DNA of 18,236 nucleotides from Ginkgo biloba (lineage: Eukaryota > Plantae > Ginkgophyta): the NCBI GenBank assembly GCA_024626585.2, contig JANKJI020000004.1, positions 53,903,595 to 53,921,830 of the forward strand, in the 5' to 3' direction. The notes below the pieces were generated by a model. That model worked only from the letters and a program-made list of their open reading frames with translations. It had not been told where the DNA came from and searched no databases. Positions 10,345-18,236 of the stretch are shown here, one piece after another. Numbering within the stretch: position 1 is the first letter of the stretch; every line of letters begins with the position of its first letter. The position numbers were made by a program, and so were the translations under genes.

Positions 10345-10700
10345 TAAATTATTTTAATATTCACAATGGACCAATAGCATAACAATGGCACTAAAAAATA
10401 CATCACGTACAACATATGCTTTTGGAGTCTATAACATCAACTCCACTCAAGTCTAATAATAAATAAAAATAATCTAGACAAAATGCATTACAATTATTAA
10501 GCAACAACAATCATATAGAAGGCGGGACCTTTCAACAAGGGCTAGTTATATGCCATGTCCATTTGCATGTGTCATTATAATATGTCTCAATATTTGCAAA
10601 AGTAGATCATACACCAAATGGGCATAGCAATGGATACTTATTATCTCCTATTAGGAAGGAGACTAGAAACATTATATGAGGAATCTCTCCTAACATCCAA
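10345..10700 (+). repeat. Dispersed repeat, copy A (~355 bp; inverted homolog at 14918-15272)
   Basis: Colinear similarity to the reverse complement of 14918-15272, e.g. aaattattttaatattcacaatggacca / aaattatattaatgttcacaaatgacca; ggagtctataacatca / ggagtgcataacacca; cattataatat in both; taggaaggagactaga / tagggaggagattaga. Confidence 0.8.
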
Positions 10701-11076
10701 GGTCTAGTCTTGTATGGATGAGGTGAAAGGATTCAGTGACAAGTCCTTGATCAAATCTTAATGATCTCTTACAACGTCTCATAGCGGTGTAGGACCATTG
10801 TTTGGTAGCTATAGTCATAGGTTATTGTCTTGCTAAACTCTGGATCTATGACTTCATCAATCTAGTTGTGGGAGTCTCATTAATCTCTTGGAGTCATTTG
10901 GTCGAACAAGGTGGATAGAATAAGGAAGTGGGATATATCAATCCTCTAAACTCCATTACCAAGGAGGTATTAAGCATGTAAAAGAGAGTGAAATATAATT
11001 ATTACTTATTAATAAAGTGACCAATTGATGTACCTACTTGATAATTGGAGTATTTATCAAAGTATGGAAAAATGTA

Positions 11077-11416
11077 TGATCGATAAACCAAGGGGGTAAT
11101 CTGCTCTACCACTGTGTACTCTCTATAACACTAGAAATTATCTCTCTATAAAATTATACGGTCAAATATTGCTCTTTGTATCAAATTCTACCAATATTGT
11201 GTAAACACGTGTACTTACACTGAATAGTGTATTGACACATGCATCTACAGTGCACACTTACATGGTATCGTATTTGTGCGACACAAAATGCAATACTGGG
11301 CACAAAAACACGGTGCACTCTGCAACTTAATCGAAAACACAAAAATAAATATTGAGGATGTGTGCCTTCTATACGAAGCTTGAAAATGATTTGTATTTAT
11401 TATACAAACTTGACAA
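11077..11416 (-). mobile_element. Possible 3' part of another LTR
   Basis: The minus strand ends ...CCCCCTTGGTTTATCGATCA at 11077 and has a TATA-like TATAGAAGG at ~11365-11373. It is non-coding and truncated by a gap. Weak evidence. Confidence 0.3.
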
Positions 11417-11516
11417 NNNNNNNNNNNNNNNNNNNNNNNNNNNNNNNNNNNNNNNNNNNNNNNNNNNNNNNNNNNNNNNNNNNNNNNNNNNNNNNNNNNN
11501 NNNNNNNNNNNNNNNN

Positions 11517-12008
11517 AGGTTCTGGAATTCTTGAAATAGTCTATGACCATAATCTGCAGGTAGAAATTTTTCTTTGAGCCTAGTGACTATCTTCTTCCAT
11601 GTTTGGATCTTCTCCTTACCTTTCTAAGTTCTTTGTTTTTGTAAATGTTCCCACCATATAGTTGCATGTCCTTTCAGTTTTATGCATGCAAACTTCATTC
11701 TTTTGGTATCTTTTATTTCCTCCCAATCAAAGTACTTCTCCATTGCTCCAATCCAATACAACAGATCCTCTGGATTCATACTTCCTCCAAAATGTGGAAC
11801 GTCCACCTTGGTTATTCTTCAATAGCCTTGCTAGTGGATCCTTTGGGTTTTGTTTGAGTCATTCTGGACCTTCACCCTCTAATTTCGATTAGCCATTGCC
11901 TTCAGGTCTCCGCAAGTGCAACTCATTCTCAAGCTCTCTAACCCTTCTCGCTAAGGCTTCAACTACTTGGTTCACTACTCTGTCGTCTCTGGCTACTCTG
12001 GGAGCCAT
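11517..12008 (-). pseudogene. gag remnant of a CRM-type (centromeric chromovirus lineage) Ty3/gypsy element
   Basis: ATG at 12008 gives MAPRVARDDRVVNQVVEALARRVRELENE. After a frameshift it reads VDVPHFGGSMNPEDLLYWIGAMEKYFDWEEIKDTKRMKFACIKLKGHATIWWEHLQKQRT*KGKEKIQTWKKIVTRLKEKFLPADYGHRLFQEFQN, the retrotransposon gag pattern typical of CRM-like elements. It is cut by a gap. Confidence 0.9.
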
Positions 12009-12150
12009 CNNNNNNNNNNNNNNNNNNNNNNNNNNNNNNNNNNNNNNNNNNNNNNNNNNNNNNNNNNNNNNNNNNNNNNNNNNNNNNNNNNNNNNNNNNN
12101 NNNNNNNNNNNNNNNNNNNNNNNNNNNNNNNNNNNNNNNNNNNNNNNNAT

Positions 12151-12162
12151 GCTCTAATACCA
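12151..12162 (-). promoter_or_regulatory. Primer-binding site for tRNA-iMet (TGGTATTAGAGC, one mismatch to TGGTATCAGAGC)
   Basis: Lies 2 nt after the LTR end (...TTTATCA-TT-TGGTATTAGAGC on the minus strand) and upstream of gag. Confidence 0.9.
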
Positions 12163-12164
12163 AA

Positions 12165-14010
12165 TGATAAAGTCGGTAGAGTTGGTCAAGTCACCCGTCG
12201 GCGATAAGCTCCCCAATTGTCTCTCATCAAAGATAAAACTTTTCAACTACATCGTTCATCGGCGATGAAACTTCACAAATGCTAATGCAGGCTCTATGGG
12301 GGCTCTTTGACAAAATCTCCCAAATGAAAAAATAGGCTTTATTCATCACTCATTGGTGGGCCAACAAAGTCACCAGCTACCAGCATGATCTCAGCAGACA
12401 AACTATGTCAACAATGTCGACAAGTCACCCCAACACTAGGTGTTGTAGTCTTTCAAAGGTCGTCAGTCGGTGGCAACACCTCTGAGAAATGCAAAAATAA
12501 AAATGAAAATAAAGGAATTAGAGCAACTGAACAGAAGGCACTCATTTGTCATCGGTGCACAGGCCTCTCACGGGCAATACATTCTAGGCCGTCAAATGCA
12601 CATGCTTTCCTAAATAACACAAAAATATTCCACTTATAAACCTCACACAGACACACTCTTTTGCGCTGGAGAAACCCTCATGGGGAATAAAACTCTAAGA
12701 TAGTATTAGAGAAACGTAGAAAAGACTACATTCAGATATTATATGACATCTTCACTATTGGAGGTGGTTACATTCAGTTTATCGATTCTGACACTTAGAA
12801 TCTTGCAAACACACACTTCACAATGCACCACACTTGCCCGCTCAAGTTGCCTCACGTTAACAATCTGCCTAACTATTTTTTTTCTTTTTTTTATCAGTTT
12901 GTTGCCTCATGATTGATGNNNNNNNNNNNNNNNNNNNNNNNNNNNNNNNNNNNNNNNNNNNNNNNNNNNNNNNNNNNNNNNNNNNNNNNNNNNNNNNNNN
13001 NNNNNNNNNNNNNNNNNNAAATTTCTATTAGTACTCTTTTTTTCTCTTGATGGACTCCTTAACACCTTCTCTTCCCAATTGCCTTAATTGGAAATTCTAT
13101 CGGTACTCTTCTTTTATTAGAAGACTCCTCAATGCCTTATCTTCCTGAATACCCCAATCATCATTTATGTTGGTACTCTTATTTTCTTGGAGAACTCCTC
13201 AATGCCTTTTTTTCTTGACTACCTGAATCAATAATTATGTCAATACTATTTTTTTCTTGGTAAATTCCCCAATGCCTTTTCTTCCTTACTACCTCAATCG
13301 GTGGTTCTGTCGGTGCTCTTATTTTCTTGGTGGATTCCTCAACACCTTTCCTTCCTAACTATCTCAATCAACAATTCTAATGATACTCTTATTTTATCAG
13401 AAGACTTATCAATTCCTTTTCTTCCTAGCTACATTAATTGACAATTATTTTAGTACTCTTCTTTTCTTGGCAGACTCCTCAATGTTTTTTTCTTCCCGAT
13501 TGCCTCAATCGACGATTATGTCAGTAGTCTTCTTTTCTTGGTAGACTCCTCAATGTCTTTTCTTCCAGATTGCCCCAATCAGTGATTTTGTTGGTACTCT
13601 TCTTTTCTCCTTATCTCCCGTCAGACGAGTTTGTCTCCGACAAATCCCTTGATATGCCCTCCTATCGAGCACTCCTTCACCGACGCCATTCTTCTTGCTT
13701 CGTCGGTGATCGTTCCTTCATCGACACTCCTTGGCTTGTTCCTTCAAAATGACTTGTCAGTCACTAACATACAATTGTCATATCCCTCGTTGGCCATCTT
13801 TGTCGTTGTCGACCTTGCTTTGTCTTTGTTTGTCTTGCACTTCTTATCCGTCGATGGACATCCACTTCATCGGTGTCGTCTGTCTTTTCTTTCAAAAATT
13901 CTTGTCAGTCATAGACAAGCTTATTTCTCCATTACAGTTTATCTATTGGTTCCGCCAAAAAATCACAAAAATTGCACTCCGACGAGCATTTTCAGGATGC
14001 TCTTGCATCA
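12165..14010 (-). mobile_element. 5' LTR of the CRM-type element (~1.85 kb including one 100-N gap)
   Basis: The minus strand starts TGATGCAAG at 14010 and ends TTTATCA at 12165, giving TGAT...ATCA termini, and is followed directly by the PBS and gag. Both halves are CpG/GTCGG-rich. Continuity across the gap at 12919-13018 is assumed. Confidence 0.75.
13019..13610. repeat. 70-bp tandem minisatellite, ~8.5 visible units, inside the LTR
   Basis: GTACTCTT-like anchors at 13031, 13103, 13173, 13243, 13313, 13383, 13453, 13524 and 13594. Consensus is approximately TCTGTCGGTACTCTTCTTTTCTTGGTAGACTCCTCAATGCCTTTTCTTCCTGACTACCTCAATCGACAAT. It abuts a gap, so it may be longer. Confidence 0.95.
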
Positions 14011-14301
14011 AGATCCCATAAGACCATATGTTAGTCCCCTCCTTGTTGAGATGACACATTATTAGTGATCCACGAGTCCATGTAAAGGGTGCCAATGTAT
14101 GTGTCTAATGCCATAATATATAAGACATTTGAATATAAGATGGGTCATATGTCTCAACTTCCAGTGGATAGTCTTTAAATAGTTATCTTGAATATGACCA
14201 TTGGTCTCAACTTCAAGCCAATGCAAATAAGCCCTTAATTATTTGTGAAACTACTTCAAACCATAAGACAATGTTCTCTAAATTATGTTGGGGGATGAGA
14301 G

Positions 14302-14542
14302 TATCACACAAGATGTACAAAATTGCTCAATGCAAATCGCCAACTTAAGATTAGCGACCGTAGAAAGTGAAATCCATATAATTCCCAACATGAATCACCA
14401 ACTTAAGACTAATAGCCCTAGAAGGTGAAATCCATATAGTGTAAAAGTGACCATATCACACAAGATGTACAAAAATGCTCGACATATTTTGCCAACTTAG
14501 GGATGAGTCATAGAACGTGAAATCCATATAGTGCAAAAGTGA
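14302..14542. repeat. Compound local tandem duplication
   Basis: CCAACTTA...TAGAANGTGAAATCCATATA occurs three times (~14340, ~14398, ~14492) and TATCACACAAGATGTACAAAANTGCTC twice (14302, 14454). Confidence 0.88.
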
Positions 14543-14917
14543 GTTATATAGATTTTCTCTCAAATAGACTTTTTAATCTTCTTCATAGTAGGTAGATTAG
14601 GAGCATCTAAGAAGAACATNNNNNNNNNNNNNNNNNNNNNNNNNNNNNNNNNNNNNNNNNNNNNNNNNNNNNNNNNNNNNNNNNNNNNNNNNNNNNNNNN
14701 NTCCAATGCAACTAATCCCAGAAGAGATGCATCAAACTACGTATGGGTATATATCTCTTTTGGAGGTTATTTGTTTGGAAATTCATCTTTGTTGACACAC
14801 AAGTCTAAAAGAAGCTGCTAAAATAAGAGGTTGTACATCAACCAATATAATACGCTATGGAATTGTACGCTTACAATATTGAAGTTGTTGAAGCATGATC
14901 AACTACACTCTCATATA

Positions 14918-15272
14918 GGATGCTAGGGAAGATTTCCATCTACAAACTCTAATCTCCTCCCTAGTAGCGTAGAAGGATCCAAAGTTGTGACCATTTCACC
15001 AAATGATCTCTTTCAATGAATATGGGAGATATTATAATGGCATACACAGATAGACATCATATGCAATTGGCCCCACTATAAGGGCCTCACCTACTATATT
15101 TCTATTGTCATCATCATTTCATAGTTGCATTGCATTCTCTCTAGAGTTCTTTATTTATTGAAAAATATGATTAAAGATGGTGTTATGCACTCCCAAGGTA
15201 TATATTATGCATGATGCATTTTCTAATTCCATGCCAACTTATGGTCATTTGTGAACATTAATATAATTTCAT
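14918..15272 (-). repeat. Dispersed repeat, copy B (inverted homolog of 10345-10700)
   Basis: Same hand alignment as copy A. Confidence 0.8.
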
Positions 15273-15304
15273 TATTGTTTCTTTCTCAACTAATGCCCAA
15301 TTTA

Positions 15305-16545
15305 TATAACACTCGGACCATAAGTATCAACCCATATAGAATTGTAACCCTTACCAAATTATTAAAAAAGCTACATGTTCAAACAGATATCCTTAAAATA
15401 TAACCGAAAATACTATTGAAACAAGGCATATCCTTTGTCCAATCTAGCTTGAAAATACATGTCAAAAGCTAAATAACATAGTTATGCACTAGGCACCTAT
15501 GTATGTATGAGGTGGTGGTAAGAATTGCATGCTTGATTGTAAATTGTTGTTGTATGGCCTATCAAGTCATGTACAAAGCAATAACATCGGTTTTACTAAG
15601 GTTGTCCAACCTCTTGCACAAGGCAAAGAACCTTATCAAATCCTAATCACATACATTGGTAAAAAAACACCACAAAAAGCATGAAATCACCCTTTGATTA
15701 AGGGTGTCTTACTATAGGGAGTCTAGATCTTAGTATCAAGGGTTTACAGCTTCATACAAGTACATACATAACCATGTATTCAGAATCTAGACTATGCTAG
15801 AAATAATAGTACTATAGAAAATAATAAATAAGAGTGAGGAAAATTAGTGCATACCTTGTAGGGGTACTTACCCAATAGATCTAAGCTCTTTGGAGTTTGG
15901 GAAAGCCTCTTGATGTTAAAACATCATAGAGGTAACCTTCAGAATGTAGTGCCCTTCATGCAAGATCGAACGCAATGCATACACAAAATCAAGCACAGTC
16001 ACAATCTATATACATGCCTTATGCGAAGTTGGCATGCACACATAGTAAAAAATCAACCTGACAACTCCAAAAAAAATGCAACTTGTTCCTATAGGTTTGA
16101 TGGGCCTCCCACATGCTCTGGAATCCCCAAAAACCCTTCCAAACGAGTCACCTTCCACTGCAGAATCTCTTGGCGTATTTTCTCTCTAAGAAAATCATTT
16201 AGAAAGCCATCATAAATACAAAAAAACCTCTATAGGTAAGTAGAAAACTGCAAATCCAACAACAACAACTTCAACTAGCGCAGAGTGATAGCCAGCACAT
16301 AGAGAAAGACTCTTAGACTAAAAACACCCTTAATGAAAAGTCTAGATAATAATGTCAGATGATGCTTAGGGTCCTTATGAAGCCCTCATAAACCCTTCTT
16401 AAACATAGGAGAGAGACAAATGATATGCCACATGGAGTCGAGTTTATTTCTAAGGTTGTACCAAACCCTAGAAAGCCTTATGTGGTTAAATGGACCTTCC
16501 ATTTAACCTTTGAAAGATGGTGCCTTAGGTTTGGTTAACCACTTA
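15305..16545 (-). mobile_element. Probable long LTR fragment, similar in organisation to 5184-6626
   Basis: Candidate minus-strand 3' termini are GGTAAGGGTTACA (15343) or GGTCCGAGTGTTATA (15305). It shares a CCCTACA(GCA)AG|GTATG donor-like motif (~15850-15864) with 5981-5997. Non-coding; ends at a gap. Confidence 0.4.
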
Positions 16546-16645
16546 NNNNNNNNNNNNNNNNNNNNNNNNNNNNNNNNNNNNNNNNNNNNNNNNNNNNNNN
16601 NNNNNNNNNNNNNNNNNNNNNNNNNNNNNNNNNNNNNNNNNNNNN

Positions 16646-18236
16646 ACTACAAAAAGAGTCTATGCTCCTACAAAAATTACTTATAATGGGTCTTGGATTA
16701 TGGAGATGTATCAACCTCAATGATTGATGTATAAAAGGGCAACACAGACCAAGTCCATGTTAGCACCTCCAGAAAGAAGACCAAATGACACATTTGCTAA
16801 AAGAATTTGATAAATATAAACAAAGAACACCACAACAAAAAGTATTTCACAATAATTAAATACTGAAGAAACTTTTATGCTAATTGAGTAAACTAATTAT
16901 TGAACAAGCAAACCTAGAGAATCTTTGTATAGTAAAATTAAACGGAAAACTTTAGGATTTTGCATCTCGGGAACAAAACAGAAAAAAAGTTTACACCCAT
17001 GAAAACATTGCTGCAAGATTGGGAGACTTTGGATAATACATGAATTAAAAAACTTTCCATTGACACATCAAGCATGATTATGATCATTTGAACACAAAGT
17101 AGATTCATTTACGTACAATGGATGGTGCAATGCATTGTTGATTTGGGCTGGTCTACAAACTTTCAAATACCTATTGACCTACAAACAACGAATAGTAAAA
17201 AGTAGAATAGATTTGAAGCTACAAATATTAAAGAAGGGTGGCATCAAATCATAAAACAATTTGGCCCGGTACATACAGAAGGAGTTTGATATCTCCCCGA
17301 GAGGCCATTAAACACAAGGCATTAAGAAACATTTGACAGGCCTAAAGACGCAAGGCATTAAGAACAGTTGATCTCAGGCACCATCAACCCAGATAAAACA
17401 CTTCTATTATCAGTTATTACTGATGCTATTGTAAGTACAAATCATTGATGTCATCCACGTTATCAACAGAACAACAACAAATAATGACATAGCAAAAAAA
17501 GTGACCGATTAAACCATAACAAAAAAGTAAAAACGTTACCAATTACTGCGAGTGTCTTCACAAGCTCAGTGTCAGGGCATCTAGGCATCATTGCTAAGTC
17601 TCAATATCTATCGTTCTACACATTGGCATAATCCATATAACAGGGTGGCTATCAACAATTCCCTATACAAATTAGACACGTTGTAGAACACATTGTGTAG
17701 TTGAAAATAAAGAATATTTCATCACAAATGCTAGAAACCATATAAACAACTCAAGATCCTAGCTTTGGTAGCTGAGTGTATAAATTCGGTAATTTAATCC
17801 CTGCATCAAATCCAATGTTGCTCATGTTTTCTGATTAGAGAGAAAAATGGACAAACATGCAGAAACAAGTATAAAAATCACCAGAACAAGTGTGCATCAA
17901 TAAGATACCAATATCATTGTCAACTGTATCCAACAATTTGTGATTTCTAAAATGCTTAACTATTGAAAAACATGCAGAAAAGTTGTGAAAAACTAGAAAG
18001 CTGTACAGTCCAAGATTCTGTCATTCACAAACAGCATAATAACTGTATTTAATAGTATCTTACATAAGCACTAGTATCAAATAACAAATATCTTTATCCC
18101 TGGCATAAAATGCAACAATTTGTGATTTCTGAGATGCTTAAATATAGGAAAACATGCAAAAACAGTTATCAAATAAAAAATAATTTTACAGTACAAAGTT
18201 GTCATTCACGAACAGCAAAATAACAGTATATAGCAT
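16646..18236 (-). other. Low-copy, intron/UTR-like host sequence with candidate minus-strand exons
   Basis: T-rich minus strand, abundant CAG/CTG compared with the decayed LINE/AT-rich region, and no TE motifs. Splice-like sites: TTTGATGCAG|G at 17800, CTAATTTGTATAG|G at 17662 and TTG|GTAACG at 17540. No product is recognisable. Confidence 0.4.
17894..18236. repeat. Tandem duplication, period ~182 bp
   Basis: caacaatttgtgatttct...atgcttaa...aaaacatgca...tgtcattcac.aacagca at 17931 and again at 18113. Confidence 0.88.

Larger units (their letters stand above)
553..16645. other. 17 assembly gaps (N-runs); adjacency across 100-N gaps is unverified
   Basis: N-runs start at 553, 2142, 4011, 4811, 5166, 6627, 7189, 7447, 7762, 8459, 9127, 9843, 11417, 12010, 12919, 14620 and 16546. 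Confidence 0.97.

Noticed and set aside
11077-11416. Candidate 3' LTR of the CRM element at 11517-14010
   Set aside because: The sequence after TGAT does not match the 5' LTR end (tgataaagtcgg), and the flank ATGTA does not match AGATC at 14011-14015.
13019-13610. CRISPR or coding-repeat reading of the 70-bp array
   Set aside because: Whole units are homologous, so there are no unique spacers, and 70 is not a multiple of 3.
13570-14065. ORFs 13570..13752, 13631..14065 and 13731..14021
   Set aside because: They are antisense to the CRM LTR in pyrimidine-rich sequence, two of them cross the LTR boundary, and none has a protein motif.
2041-16720. ORF-track entries containing X-runs
   Set aside because: They are open only because N-gaps lack stops. 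Only the RT part of 2092..2412 is supported.
17302-17370. Short duplication caaggcattaagaa(a)ca
   Set aside because: Two copies of ~35 bp, consistent with ordinary slippage; no further structure.

Overview
This is AT-rich eukaryotic DNA from a fragmented draft assembly with 17 N-gaps, seven of them 100-N placeholders. It is very probably a large plant genome; the retroelement peptides look gymnosperm-like (inference). There is no intact protein-coding gene, RNA gene or CRISPR array. Bases 1-16.5 kb are a nest of decayed transposons, in order: (i) a non-chromovirus Ty3/gypsy RT remnant (-) with a disrupted ~530-codon extra ORF resembling the plant mobile domain (PMD) downstream on the same strand; (ii) a chromovirus-type integrase remnant (+), apparently split by an LTR-like insertion; (iii) a long LTR (-) with a TATA box and a 30-bp-period GTACG array; (iv) an L1-type LINE ORF2 remnant (EN-linker-RT, -); (v) an AT-rich foldback palindrome; (vi) the 5' end of a CRM-type Ty3/gypsy element (TGAT...ATCA LTR, tRNA-iMet PBS, gag; -), whose LTR carries a 70-bp tandem array with a DRE-like core; (vii) more LTR-like and dispersed repeats. 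The last ~1.6 kb looks like low-copy, intron/UTR-like host DNA with candidate minus-strand splice sites. The best leads are the PMD-like extra ORF and the two LTR-embedded arrays of putative transcription-factor motifs. All family calls rest on recalled motifs and hand translation, not database searches.
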